From Lama glama (lineage: Eukaryota), in assembly GCA_028534125.1 (NCBI GenBank), contig CM052829.1:124001-188000 (forward strand): DNA of 64,000 bases, given 5' to 3'. A model generated the notes under the pieces. That model did not search any database. It worked only from the letters and a program-made list of their open reading frames with translations, and was not told where the DNA came from. Shown piece by piece: positions 1 through 13,910 of this stretch. The stretch's first letter is position 1. Every line of letters begins with the position of its first letter. A program made the position numbers and the translations under genes.

Positions 1-689
1 GGCTGCGGCCTGAAACGTCCTACCTTCGCCAGCTCAGTTCTCCTCTGCAAACTGCCCCAGCCTCAAGAGCACTGCAGCCCTGTGAGTCGGGTGACGCCGC
101 AATCCCGGTTCAGTGCCTCCCACCACGGCTGCCAAGCTCAGGTGAACTGGACAGATGCTGTGCGCTTCCTGAGTGCTGGGGTGCAACTCTCTAAGCACAT
201 CTGCCTGTAACGGAGGTGATTTCTGTTCATCTCTGCTATACCTGTCTACTTTAAAGTAAATTCTAAATGAAGTATACCATCCCTCAAAAGCACAGGCCCT
301 ACGTGGACCCCCTGAATGTTCACAGAGCAAGCAACCAACCCGAGCCAGAAAGCAGACGTCACCAGCATCGCAGAAGTCCTTCTGGCCCATCCTGTCACAC
401 CCATCGCCCCAAAAGGTAGCACCAACCAGCCCCTCAAACTGTAACCAGCGTGCTCACTTGTGCATCTCCAGACACTCTCAGCTAGAACAGACCCTGCTGT
501 CTGGCTTCGCTGGGGCTCCCCCAGGTCGAGAGCCTCCCTTACCTCTCGCTGCAGGCGCGGGGTTCTGACTGGGGACGTGACAAGTCTATAAATCACTCTG
601 GGGACAACTGGCTCCTTAGACAGCGGCCTTCCCACCCAGGAGCTCACTCTTTCAGTAACGTTTTGTCACTGCCAACGTGCAGATTCTGA

Positions 690-1500
690 CCAACGGCTGT
701 TTTTCCCTAAGTATTTCATGTTTTTCTTTGATGTTAGTATAAGTGTAAAAATGTGGGGCCATTTTTCTTTGCTGCTGTTTTTGCAGAACACACCTGGGTC
801 GAGTGTGCTGACTGCGTCCAGCCTGTCACACTTGCTCAGTAATTCTAGCGGCTGCCCTGTGGGTCTGGATTCTCCACAACACGCCCACGTCCCCTGTCCG
901 TGCTGACCATTTACTCGTCTTCCAGTCTGCTGCAGCATAGAACGAAGGTGCCTGACGCGCTCCCACCGGCAGCAGACTCTTCATCAGATTAAGGACATCC
1001 CTCTGGTCCTGGCTTTGAGCTGTCCTGTCACGAATGCAGTGACCCATCGTCCTGGCTTCAATCTGTGTCCCCTAACGGCTAATGGTGTTGCACCAACTTT
1101 CACATGCCTTGTGTATTCCAAACATCTTCTTTAGTGAAGTGACTTTACGTGTCTTTTGTCCACTTTCTCAGTGGCTTGTTTTCACTGGTGGGTTTTGAGA
1201 TTCCTTGTATTTTCCAGGTAGAACACCTTTGCCAGACATGTGTTTGCACATATTTTCTCCCAGTCCATAGCTTGTCTTTTCCTCACCTTTACAGACTGAA
1301 AGCTTTAAGTTTTGATGAAACTGCACTTACTTTTTATTTTATGGATCATGCTTTTTGGTGTGAAATCCATGAACTCTTTGCCTAGCCCTAGACTCCAAAG
1401 ATTGTCTTTTTTTCCCCAAAGTTCTACAGTGTCCCATTTTCACTTAATTTGGTGCTCTACTGGAGCTGACTATGAAGCTCGAGGTTCAGGTCAAGGGTCC
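690..1500 (-). mobile_element. Old L1 (L1M) ORF2 fragments
   Basis: T-rich antisense L1 signature, e.g. gtttgcacatattttctcccagtcc and ttttatggatcatgctttttggtgtgaaatc...ctttgcctagccctag. Confidence 0.65.
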
Positions 1501-1699
1501 GATCTCATCCATTGTGGTCCTGGTGCTCCAGCACCGCCTGCCAACCAGACCACCTGGTTCTGGCCCACTCTGGCCCATGCGGCCTGAAGAGTGCGAGTGC
1601 ATAAGCAGCCACAATGGCCCCTGGGGATCTCTGCCCACTGCCTGCCACCTTCTTCCCAAGCTCTCTCTGCTGGTCCCCAAGTAGGCCATCCTCAGGAAC

Positions 1700-2420
1700 C
1701 CTCAGGCTGACCACGGGACTTCACATACTGTATTCCAGCTGTCCAAAAACAGAGGTCTCCTGTTCGATCCTCCCCCAGCCCAGACCACGAAGGCAGGCGT
1801 CACCTCCAGTCCCTGTGCCTCTGCCTCCCTCCGAATCACTCTCAAGCCCAAGCCCACCTTTCCCGCCAGCCCTCTCCCTACTTCAGTCTTCGTTCCACAG
1901 CCCCAGGTCAGTTGACTGCAGCCCTACATCCCTGCAACAGGCTCCTCCTCGAACCTACCACCTGTCCCCACGGCTGGCCAGCAAGCACCGTCCTACATGG
2001 CCCCCGGGCACCCACCACACAGGACAGTCCAGCTCCCTGGTGTGGCCGCCGCAGCCCCTGTGACCAGAGCCAACTACCCCTGCTCTAAACCTGGCGGCGA
2101 GCTTTTCAGTTCTTTGGTCACCCAAGTAGTTTCTTTGCTCATTCTTTTGAAACACTCTCCATCCTGACCCTACTCTCCCTCTGACTCATTAAATTCAACC
2201 CGCCATGACAGCTCAGTCCAGGAGCAGACGCCTGCTGGGCCAGAACAGGTGCCCTCCCTGCACCTCCGCGTCCTGTGATGCCTGAGCTGCTGCCCACCTC
2301 CTCACCCGTTGAACTCACCCTCCCGGGACGCGGCGACTCTTCTCGGCCTTACGGCCTCTGCTCACCTGTGCCCCCCTACCTGCTTCCTGCACGCCGCACT
2401 TTTACAGAATGAATGGGTTT
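1700..2420 (+). mobile_element. L2 relic
   Basis: C-rich degenerate L2 3' region ending in gaatgaatgg; edges approximate. Confidence 0.45.
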
Positions 2421-5400
2421 GCTGATTAAATATCAGAAGGCAGCACACACTGTATTTTTCTCTGTCAGGTGCAGCTGCTCAGTGAGTGAACGGGCAGAAG
2501 GGTCTTTGTAAGAAAACATGTCGACTCCGTCTCATACTGTGCACTCATCACAAGGACATGGTCACCATCCTCCCGCATTATTCACTCACTTGCTGTCCCT
2601 CTGGGCAGGTTTCTGACTCCACACACCTCGGGACCTCTCTCTGTAAGCAGAAGCAGGCCATGATACGGCTGGCCCAAGATGCCTGTCGTTAAGGACAGCA
2701 AACAATCCTGAGAGCCGTGCTCTGCCAGCTTCTGCTTCAGAAGGGACAGTCACGAGGCTCCTGCTTCGTGGGACCCTGCTGTCCACACGCCGTGCGCACA
2801 ACGAGCTCTTGTTGGAGTGACGCTGAAACAGCAGAACTCCACCTGGAATGCAGTCACTGCAGCAGCCACAGAGCACACTGACTTCCTACTAGTACTTGAA
2901 CCCCCAGCTCCGGAGTGTCAGAAGGAGCCCAGGCCAGGGGTCCCACCGCTCTCCCCATCCAGCCAAGAGGCTGTGAGCAAGCCACATGGCTTCTGTGGGT
3001 CTTACCTACCTCCTCTGGCTCTGTTTAACCACCAGTGCTAACGAGTTCTGCACCCACTGCAAAGGCGTAGGTCCTACCCTCAGGGAATTAAAGTACAATG
3101 AAACAAAGACAGGCCTACACCAACCCTGATCTGCTGGTATCCTCAAGAGCCTTTCAAATGCAAAGCTCTCTAACTGCTTGAAATAGGACGTTACTATTGC
3201 TAAGGCAAAGACAGGATTAAGGTTCTCAGGGAAGGCAAAGTGATACTGTCCACAGGCCAGAGATGCCCTTTCACACCCGGGTGTGCCCCTGGGCACTAAG
3301 GGCCAGGGAGAGGACGTCACTGCCATTTAAGCTGGGAAGTTGGTTCTTGAAACACAAGTGACAGTGTTCATTCTCAGAGATTAGAATGTGCTAAATCCAG
3401 TTACTTAGTAATTTTTTTAGTAAAAATAAAGCACCAACAGTTCAACCACAAACATCGCAAAAAGTGATCCTATTCCACGTCAGAACTTGTCAACCCCTGG
3501 TACTATCAGTGAGCAGGGGGTACTGACTGGGATAAACGCAATCTTCCCTGGCAAGTAAGTGGTGAAGCTGGGGTCCAGTGGGGCCACCTGCTCCCCTAAC
3601 ACACCGACGTCTCAGGCTCACCTGAGCTACAAGGCACAGGAAGCTGTCATGCTCCCGTTTCAGTTTATAGACAACTTACCTCTTCACTGCTCCACCCGAA
3701 GAATTAAATGTGTAACCACACCCAAAGTGGGTGAGCAGCGGCTGCAGGGCGCAGATCTCGGGGACGAGCGTCTGGTGGGACATGCAGCCCCGTCATGCCA
3801 TCTTAGGAACACCGACACAGACATTACTGTCTCCTGTGGGTGGCTCTTTGCCCTGCTCCACACTCAGGGGGCACACAGCCCAAGAGAGCTGCAGGACAAA
3901 GGGGCATGTGGGTGGCACGGCTGGTACCAGGCTGGGCCCAAGTCACCTGGCCATTCAGCGGCATTGCAACTGTGCACACACCATTCTTGATGGCACACTG
4001 ACATCCAGGAAGAGCCAGTGCGCCCACGCCTTCTCCTGCGCTTCCTGAGGTCTGGGAGCCAGAAGGTAACATCTGAAAAGTGTTGTGGCTGCAACACTTT
4101 ATTTCCCAGAATATGTTTAAGAGTATTTCTCAGCCATGTTTGCCTTGTGACTTCATTTTCCCGATTACAACACATTTTAGAAAAAGTCTATTAAGGAAGA
4201 AGATTGCACCAAACTGGCTGGAGAACTGTTGAAACAGAGCGGGAAAAACTGGGGGCTCGTGCAAAGTCTGGTGACCAAGACCAGCCTCCAAATTCCTGAC
4301 GGAACAGAGAAAGCTGCTAGTAAAGCGCTGGGGCTCCGTGAGGAGGCAGGCACCTGCCCAGGCTGCACAGCTCAGACCTGAGACCTGGGGGCCAAGGTTA
4401 CCTTTCAGCGACAGAGAAAGTCACAGAGCAGCTCTTCCCCTTCCCCTAAGAACTGGCATTTAGTGGGTAACCTGGGACCCCACACCAGCGTGGCCGAAGG
4501 CTGACCCTGGCTCTGGGCCCAGAACCGCTGCTGAGCGCGGATTAACTCCACGTGGCTGGGAGGGATGGCCTCACCAGTAAAAGAAATGAATAAAAGTGGC
4601 CTGTCGTTTGGAAACAGGATTGAAGGTGTTCTGGAATGAAGATAAGGAGAAGCAGCGGTGACAAGCATCTGATGGGGACACAGAAACTAGAAAAAGCAGT
4701 TCCAGCGTTGCAGAGCCTCACAGGAAGCGTCTGCCGGTAGGCAGCTCAGCTGCGCGGCACTCGCCTGGGAGGAACGCGCAACGAGTTACGTGCACGTGGA
4801 AGCCAAAGCTCCACAGTCAACGACTCCGCGTCAGACTCTGCCTCGCCAGGGCAGCCGCCCTGGGACGAGGTGGAAACCCCAACACGGCGAGGAGAGCATT
4901 GGAAATGCATCACTGCTCACCAGTCAACAAAGCCAAACCCCTGAGTTTCTGAAAGGCCAGTGGGGTTTTGGTTGCAGGCAGGCACCATCGTGCAGGGTGA
5001 GCCCAGGGAGACGGCCTGCACAAGCCGGGACAGAGGATCCGAGGGGCCCACCTGCATGACGGCTCCCATGACTCCAGGCATTCCAAGGGTCTAGAGGCTT
5101 CCTACCAGCAAGCAGGGACAAAGAGCAGTCAAAACTTCATCACACAGTACGTACCACACTTCCTCTACTACTTCTTCTTAGGCTTTTGTGAGATCTGATA
5201 CACAGGACAGGTGTTTTAACGACTGGACTGCATTAATAAGTGTATCCTAAATAAATCTTCACCAGCACCCAGCCGCTCCCCAGCCCTCCTGAGTCGGGCA
5301 GGAGTCCAACAGCCTCTGGGGAAGTTTGTTAGACATGGTTCCTGAGGGCAGAGACCACCAACCACGGGGCTGAGCCTCTGCCTGGCTGCAGCCCTCTGAG

Positions 5401-8400
5401 ACGTCTCATGGTGCACTGCGTGTCTCACTGGTCCCTGCTCCTGACACCGTTCATCTCAGAGGAAAACCTCCACTTGCTGAAAAAGCTGTCTGGCCCCAGG
5501 CCTGCCTCTGTGAGTCACACCCCCCAGGCCCGCCCTGTCTTCATCAGGTGTGCACGTGGCCTGGAAGACACTGCTGGCTGGAACCGAATCCACTATGCTT
5601 CTGCAGCCTGGCAGCTTCACCAGCTCTACCTTCTAACCCTCCCATCTCTGTCCAGCATCGCATCCTGTGTGGAAACCAGACGTGGTGAGGCCTGCAATGA
5701 GGCAGCGTCTAGTCCACCCCTGCTGGTCTGCCCTCCAGGTTCTCCACTGTCCAGCTTTGAGGAGGCTCCTGCTCACCTACAGAGACCACGTGCACTTACA
5801 ACCAGGGGGACGGTGGGTGAAACCAGGCGTTGCTGCCAAATCCTGGCAGGGGGTTTACTGGGCTCTCGGTTCCAGGCACCCTGAGTCCTCAGATAGGGAC
5901 CCTTCGCAAACCCCACTTCCTTCCCAAAGGCACTCAACAATACTCTGCCCGGGAGAAGCATCTGAAAGGCAAGTCCACAAGAGAGAATAAAAATAAGGAA
6001 AAAGAGGAAACCAGGTTCTTACCTGCTTCTCTGGCACCTTGTTTATCTAATTAATGTGTCTGTGGAGCACACATCTTCTATGTTTACACAACAACTTAAA
6101 GTCTACTAAGGCTTTCAACAGACTCGATTTCTCTTATTCATTCATTCATCGACTTTTTGAGTTGCCTAATAATGGAGGTAACTTTCTAACCATCTCTTTG
6201 AGCACACATTTATGAAATCCCCTATTTCTGTGGCTGCGATTCTCGGCTCTATTTTGACATGCTGTTGGATGTTGACTGCAATGCGTCCTCAGAGCATTTG
6301 ATTTACCCTATGGGACTTAACAGTGTTGGATTGGAAAGCAGGGACTCACCTGCCAGGGCGACATTCAGTAGCAGTCCTTCGATGTGCTCTTATACCCAAG
6401 TGCCCATACTTCCCTTCAGGGACACGGGGCTGTGGGAGGACAGTATGAAGCTGGGGGACCCTTAGTGGAGGAAGAGCCTTGGCTTTTTAACATGGCTCCA
6501 GGATGTTCTGGTGTCTGAGCCCAAGACACAGGGGCTTTGACTGAACTGCCCTGGAGGTTCCGGGAGTTCAGCTCCAGCGGACAAACTCTTCATACTGAGA
6601 CTCTTACCAAGCACTCAATCTCTAACCAGCACCTGGCGCCCTACAGGTGACAGGCAGTGTCCAGCCATGAGCAAGCCCCAACGGGCATGTGCCCGGTAAA
6701 CCTCAGAAAGTCCCTGCAGGACATACAACAGAATGCTTACAGCAGACCCCTTTCTCATGTGCTATGGGGGGAACTTCAGAACAGAACTTTCCTTCTCCTC
6801 TTAATTCCCCATCAAAAATGACCAAGAACTTTCCAATGAGTGGCGGTAGTGTCAGAAATAGGGGCAGCCACCTCCTGCAAGCCAAGCCTCGGGTGGCTAA
6901 AACAGGGGTCCCTGAGCCCGTCGTGCAGAAGAGATGAGTCCAGAACGTTCCAGCAGTTGGGAACCTCCATCCAGGAGGCTGGAGTCCAAGCAGTGGGTGG
7001 ATGATGGTTTATGGTTTTGTCAGTTTTAGGGACCCGACGCAGCAGAGATACACTGATGGGCAAAGAAAGCCACAGCTGGTTCTTCGGCTCTTCCCAAAAG
7101 AAGAGAGGGCACAAGTGTAAACCACTGTGCACCCTGGGGAGGGGGAGACACTGCGAGCACACGGTCTGGACATGGACGCCGGGTCTGGGTCCACCCTACT
7201 TGGCTCATCGACAGCATGACAATGCAACACCTTATGTTGTCTACAAGACTTCACAAAATACTCGGGACACATGCCCAAGTCTGACAAAACACTGGGGTAA
7301 GCAACGTAGCTGTCTCCACCCCTTTCGCGTTCCCAGACAGGGCACAGTGTGCCCAAGTCAGGAGCTGCTACTCAAAGGACAGTCGTGGCCAGGACTCCCG
7401 GGGGCCCGGGGCCCCTCATGGACTCCGATGGGCAGGAGTCAGCGTCCACCAGAACACACACATCATGCCATGTGCTACATCACACGTGGTCATTCCTCCA
7501 CCCCAGGCAGCCCTGCCTTAAATCACGCAGACAGAAAAGCGGAGGAAGCCACCCTCCCCCTTAAAGCTGCTTGGAGGGGCTGCTCAGGTTACTTGTTCAC
7601 TACACAGTTCAGTCTGTCGCTTAGCTGACTCTCCCTCCTAACCACACCCCACACCTGCACCCGTGTGTGTGCACGCGTGTCTTCACGTGCCCACGGGGGC
7701 AATTTAAAGTCAGCTGAATAGACCACGTCCTCCAGACATGTAAAGTGAGAGCACACGGACAGTCATGGTGTGACAGGAAAACCAGCAAGTACATGGCCCA
7801 CATTTGGGGACAGAGTGACCACTGCAGGGCAGTGACTGACAGGCTGACAGCCTGGCCCCACCATGCTCTCGGCACCTGCACCACTGTCTTCTCTGCCTGA
7901 GAAAGAAGCCTGTCTTTGGTTTTTCACTAGAAGTAATACTGTTTTCCTTTTTTTTTTTTTTAATATGATTATAGCTGAGTAAGGGTCCCTGTCTGTATCC
8001 CCCAACTGCATACACAGCAGACTCTATGTCTGTGAATCAATGTGTATATATATCAACCTGTGATACAACCTTCACAAATCGAGTCTAATCACCTGGATAT
8101 TGAATAAATATGTAAAAACATGTATCATTTTAAAGCTGTATTTGAGTGGTTGTGACTAGAAACATAACGCAGGGTAACAAGCTAAGAGGGCTTTAGGAAG
8201 TGTCCGGTGAGCAGCAGCAAGCAGCAGCCCTGTGGCCCTTTCGCTCCTGACGAGCAGGGGTCTGGACTAGGGCTTCTCAGAAGCCAGGCCCAGGTCAGCA
8301 CCCGGGGGAGCCAGTGATGGGGACGCTGCAGCGCCCTGTGCTGGAAAAGCCAGGGCGGGGAGGACCAGGCGTGTCCGGATGCGCTGTAGTCCTGAGTGCG

Positions 8401-9442
8401 GGCTCTGCAGAGCCCTTCCCAGAGGCCAGCCTGCTCCTGGGAACGGGGGTGTGCTCGCAAAGCAGGTGTCGGGGCCCTGAGCCCACGGTGTTCGGCCAAC
8501 AGCCAGGTGGGTAGGGTCATGCACTCAGTGTCAACAAAGAACTCCCCTCGGCTCCGCACCCCAGCCTGGCAGCAACCCCATGTGGCGTCCACTTCATTTT
8601 ATGCAAGAGAGAAGTTGGGTTCTGCTGTGTGTGCCCGAGAACTTGTTCAAGGTCATGCAGCACGCTTATTCATTTTTTTCACTAGGAAGACAAGTAAATA
8701 CTAATTCAATTAACTGAAAGCTACGGATAAAATTCACTATCATTATCCAGGACACTTAAAAAGAAAAATCTTAAGTCTCCATCAACAGCTGACCTGGCCT
8801 TGGGGTTTCCCACTAGGAAACGACTATTGGATCTAGAAGCCTGTGGCCGCAGAGAAGGGTCACTGACTTTAGCTGTGAACAGGCCACTCTGTGAAATTAA
8901 AGGAATAAATACTCATGAATAGCAGCATCTGAACAAATGCACAGGATGTGGGCGGCAGGTGAGGTACGCTACCTCCATGACCAGGCACTCCCACCCGCAC
9001 GCCCGACTCACCGGTGCTGGCGGAGGACGCGGGGGCCTGGGGATGAGGCCCATGGACAGGACAGGCAGGCAGGACGCGCCTGAGCCGGAATTACCACCAC
9101 CAGGAAAAGGCGTGTATCTCCAGAGGTTAATAACGCTTCTAAGGGATCAAGTAAAGTGTCCTCTTGGAGTTACCAGACTCCAAGGACAGTATTAGGAACT
9201 AAAGTTTCCCAAAGTGGGAGAAGGCAGTGCCTGCTGGCACATGAGCCAGCTGCTCCAGGAGGGGCCCGCCACCGGCCCCTCACGGCTGCCCCCACCTGCA
9301 GGGCACTGGCTCACGCTCCCCTACAGCACAGCAGTGTCATGGCTAAACATACCTGCTTGGTCTTGTCACCAAATTTTACAAAAGGCTAACAGGAGTGCTG
9401 CCCAGGTTGGGCGGCTGTCCACAGACATGCAACAGTCAGTAC

Positions 9443-9535
9443 CTGCAAGTCCACGAGCTGTGCAGTGGACTTTTCTTGGAGGCACAGGGCCTGCGCAATG
9501 AAGGCATGCAGGTCCTCCAGGCTGAGCGCGTCCAC
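9443..9535 (-). CDS. FAM120B: FAM120B coding exon 6 (93 bp); remaining exons lie beyond the left edge
   Basis: ctctcccttgcag| acceptor and CAG|GTACTG donor; encodes VDALSLEDLHAFIAQALCLQEKSTAQLVDLQ; phase 0 to 0. Not present in this frame in the supplied ORF track. Confidence 0.93.
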
Positions 9536-9596
9536 CTGCAAGGGAGAGCGCCGGTGTCAGCAGGGAGGAGCCCCGCACTCCAACTGACTACAGGGA

Positions 9597-9617
9597 CACA
9601 CACACACACACACACAC
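9597..9617. repeat. (AC)n microsatellite near the FAM120B exon 6 acceptor
   Basis: About 10 AC units read directly. Confidence 0.9.
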
Positions 9618-10883
9618 GCCGCCCTGGGCAGCAGAAGAGACGCCAGCGGAGGTGAGCAGGGTCTTTTCTCCCACTGTCCACAGGCCTCAGTGGGAAGGTC
9701 TCCATGATGCCCAGGGCCCAGCTGGACAGGGGAGCCTAGTTACTCACTAGCAAGGCAGAGCCTAGAGGGATCCTGAGCTATGGCCAAGTCTGAGCAACAC
9801 AATGATCACTTTCTGACACAAATTTCCAGAGCTGACAACTTGGGGCTTTGCAGATGGAGTGCACCCACAGCTGCCCGAGCTGGGTGGTCAGAGCTGGAGG
9901 AAACACCCACCCTGGCCGCCCAGCAGTGAACCTGCATCCTTGGGCCCCAGCTGAAGGAAACCAAGATTCCCATAACACGAGTCTCTCCCACCCTCTGTGG
10001 AATCAAAGTGTGAGTGAGAAACAAGGAGACAGAGACATGGAGAGAGAGACAAACCAGAAAGGAGGCTGGGGAGCACAGGCAGCGCCAGGTCCAGGCCACC
10101 TCCCACCACTTTCTGGCTCAGCCACCAAATTCTGCCAGCCAAAAAAAGTGGTACCCACTTGCTAAATAATGCCACCATCACCATAAGGATACAAGAACTT
10201 TCTATAGAGGGACGCATTCTGTGGCAAGTCAAGGTTTCAGGGAAAAAACATCAGGAAAACAACAAACCCATGGGTAAAAATTTCGATTCTTCCTGGATGA
10301 TAAAAATGGCTAACACGCTTATTCTCGATAAAAACAATCACACCATAATCAGGAAGCTTGTCCGCTGGGACCTTGCTTCCCCCACCTGGGCTTCTGGCCC
10401 TCGGACACAGTGCAGCCAGGATCTAACCCGTCTGGGGGCCTGTCCCTGCTCTACCTCATTTTTACCCTGAAATAGTTGCTGCCCAGGTACAGGTGACAGC
10501 TATACCTATTTCAGGGAAAAGCAAAGCAATCTACAAATTTGAGCATCGTGACCAGGAAGCAAGGTCGTGATCTGCAAGTGCAGCCAGGATCGCCAGGCCG
10601 TGGACCCAGAGCAGTGACCGCCACCCACGCAGGGCCACGAGAACAGCCCACAGTCCAAAAGACCCGGCAAGCGCGGACACGTGTGGCTCTGCACAACACG
10701 CCCCGGCTGACTCCTTGGGCCTCCCAGACACTGAGCGTGGAGCCCAGCCTGGGAGCTGACAGGGCTTCTCAGGCGCGTGCCGTTCTCACTCCAGACAGAC
10801 ACCAGGAAGAGGAGGCTGTGGCCCAGAGCGCTGCGGCCAGCAGAGAGGGCGGACCGCAGCGGCCACGGCGGAGCTGAGGGTAC

Positions 10884-11056
10884 CTGCACAAAGAGGTAGA
10901 TCAGGAGGCAGCACAGAGCCTGGAAGGGCCTCTCCAATGCCTGCAGCTCTTCCTTCAAGGACGAAAGGTCGAAACAAGCCAGGAGCGCGTCCAGGCGCCG
11001 GGCTTGTATTCCTGACTCTGTGCTCAGCCACAATAGTTTCAAGCTAGGCGTTCCCC
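10884..11056 (-). CDS. FAM120B: FAM120B coding exon 5 (173 bp), contains LXXLL motif LCCLL
   Basis: Poly-T tract plus caactag| acceptor and CAG|GTACCC donor; encodes GTPSLKLLWLSTESGIQARRLDALLACFDLSS...FQALCCLLIYLFVQ; phase 1 to 0. Confidence 0.95.
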
Positions 11057-11486
11057 CTAGTTGAAAAAAAAAAAAAAGTCCATTTACCATTATTCCTTGC
11101 ACTAGCAAGTTACAACATGCTTCTGGAGGAACACAATAGGGAATACCGGGCACTAACCTCTTCCTCCCCTGACATCCTCGGGCTTTAAAGCTTAAATTAT
11201 CTGGAAAGTAAACATGAACATTTCCTGGTTTAACTAGACAGAAACCCTAACAGGTCAGCGCACGTGCAGTTCACTGAAAACCTTCCTCTTGTTTAAAATG
11301 GCTGTGTTTTGGGGGAAACTAGGGCTTTTCCCTACCTGTTCTGCACCCTGTGTTGTTAAGAATGCTGTGCCGAGTAAGTTCCAAAGGTGCCGACTCAGGG
11401 TGTGGGACGAACACAGTCTTGACCAAGCACTGGCAGAAACACCATGGCTGGCCCTGCTAGCTTGCTCTCTGCTAGTTCCCTAGACT

Positions 11487-11670
11487 AGTGGTTTCCAAAC
11501 TTCAGTGCGCAAGAGCAGCAGCTGCAGAGACTGAAAAAAATACATTCTCCTCGGTTCCATCTGCACAAATTCTGCTTTGCTAAGTGAGGTGCCCAGGAGT
11601 CTGTACTGAGCAACCTAGAGATTCGGGTGAGCAGGGCATCATGGGCCCCACATTTTGTAAAGCATACCCT
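11487..11670. mobile_element. MER5-like hAT-Charlie relic
   Basis: agtggtttccaaacttcagtg start, gcccaggagtctgta core, ccacattttgtaaagca end. Confidence 0.5.
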
Positions 11671-12316
11671 GGAAACTACTCAACAACAGAAATTCCTAAA
11701 ATATGATGTTTGGTGCTTCATTTCTATATTTTATGTATACATTTAATTATTAAAGTCAAAGGAAAGAAAAACCCCTTGCTCAGGGACCCAAGTCACCACG
11801 AACAGCAGCATGAGTCTGTACCTGCAGCCTAGGGGGAGCCACTGCCAGGTGGGGCCGGGTCCCATCACGAACAGCAGCGCAGCTGTCCACGGGGTCCCAG
11901 CTGTAACACGTGTGAGGTGTGAGGATGGTGGGGTCTAAACGTCCCCCGTGTTTACTCAGGAAACAAAACTCACGAATCAAATGGCATCAGAATTTAGTGA
12001 CTCAAGCAAACAAGTTCTTCCTTTTTTTTCTTACCTTTCACACAACGTCACTTAATTTTCTCAGCTGTGTGTTTCCTACCACCAGAAGTAAAACAAAAGT
12101 CAAAAGTCATCTGCATTTCTGATATGGCTGAAATGTTCCCTCCACCCAAAAGAACTTTTTCATTACTTATTAAATCATTTTTTCTCTTGGAAGAAAGAAA
12201 ATAAACAAGCAAAAAATCATGGCCCTACTTATTAAGATAGAGATATTATTCCAAGAGAATCACAGCGTCAGCTATAACTTCTTAGAAACACACTTTTCAG
12301 GAAAATAATCACCTTG

Positions 12317-12636
12317 CAGGGTCTGCAAACTGCAAAGTCCTGTTCACTGTCTATTTTTGTACAGCCTACAAACTAAATGATTTTCACATTTGTAACTGGT
12401 TAAAATATCAAAAAAAAGATAGTATTTCACAATCTGAGAAAACTGTATGAAGCTCCAATTTCAACGTCCCTAAATAGTCCTCCTGGATCCCTGCTGTCAA
12501 CCACATCCATCTGTGCACATCTGTGCCCTTGTGGGCTCCAAGTGCAGAGCTCAGTAGCTGCCTACAGAGACCACACTGCCCCCAAAGCCCAGAACATACA
12601 CTGCCTGCCCCTTGCAGGAGTCTGCCAACCCCTGAC
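12317..12636. mobile_element. MER58-like hAT-Charlie element
   Basis: Ends cagggtctgcaaact ... agtctgccaacccctg form imperfect TIRs; internal gcagagctcagtagctgcctacagagacca matches the family pattern. Confidence 0.7.
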
Positions 12637-13910
12637 CTGAAGTAAGTAATGAACATTCCATGGTCACAATTATTTCGAATAAAGTAGTTGAAAAACAGTT
12701 TTTCTGACTATAAAAGTTATGCATTGTAAAAAAATTTAGAAAAATAGAATAACATAAAGAAGAAAATGTAAGTAATCCACAAGCTCACCACCCAGACAAA
12801 GCCACACTTCAGAGCACAGCCTCGAGGCCTTTCTTCAGTGCACGTGCAACACAAGCACACCTGAGAGGGGTCAAGCCCCCTCAAAGTGCCCTGCACAAAG
12901 ATCTACCTTGTGTTCCGCTTGCTTACATGTAAGAGTTTAATACAAAAACCTGAGATTCATGAAATATACTTAAGAACCATGTATAGTGGACGTGATAAGT
13001 GCACGATTTCTTGAACAAAAAGTGACAGTGTCTGTGGCCTTTCATTCCCAGCAGGGACAAAACTGGATGCAAAGGGCTCAGATAACACCAGGTCAGTTAT
13101 TTCCAAGACTCCATCTACTAAAAGAGAGAGGAAAGAAAAACACTACCAGCTGTGATGGCTGGGAGTTCCGAGAAGCCCCATGTGAAGAGCCACATCACTC
13201 TTCTGGAAGAGCTTGAGGGTGAAGGTCATGCATGCACTTTGATAGGGCTGTGCGGGTCTCGCCAGAGGGCCCCGGAGATCCAGGAGTAACGTGGAGCCGG
13301 GCAGGGCCAAGGGTGCCCATGGAAGGGAGGACAGGCGCCCCTGGGCTGGCCCTGCTCAGCGAGAGGGATGTCTGCTAGAGCTGAAAGGGGCATTGATGAG
13401 TGCCTGGTAAGACCCTTCCCGCTCTCCTTCCTCCCCTAACCCGCATCCAAACGTCCAACATGCACGCAGCATCGACTGTGGAGGAGCCTCCACCTTGGCC
13501 CTCAGGGCAGGTGCTGAAGGTCTGAGTGGGCACCAGCAGGACTTGGCATTTGCCTTGGGGAGTGCACCGCCCGGCAGGGAACATGGGCACTAACTGGAGG
13601 GACCACCAGGAGGAGGGGAAGAGATGGAAGAGCCAGCAGGAGTTAGGTTCAGTGAAGGCGGAAGGTCTCCACCCTGGTGGAGATGAGGAGAGACCTGTGG
13701 TTGACCCAAGAGATGCTATGGCCAGTCTGTGCTCTGAAGGATGATGCAGGCTGCAGTGGGGAGCAGTCTGGGGGAGCATCGGATGGGACACAGGAGAAGT
13801 CACAGAGCAAGAGGGGACAGATAGGGACAGAGAGGCCCAGAGAGTGACAGGTGGAGGAGGAGGGAGACCCCAGATGCACGGCTTCTTTACCACAACGGAG
13901 AATGATACTA

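Noticed and set aside
7011-7628. 205-aa plus-strand ORF, and the similar 221-aa ORF at 24525-25190
   Set aside because: No domain similarity or splice-supported structure; expected by chance in GC-rich intron.
1-9440. Search for FAM120B exon 7 and later exons
   Set aside because: No segment encoding the expected continuation was found; intron 6 appears to extend past the window edge.
11797-11878. 13-bp direct repeat CACGAACAGCAGC, 69 bp apart
   Set aside because: Only two copies with no regular array; not CRISPR-like, probably a decayed local duplication.
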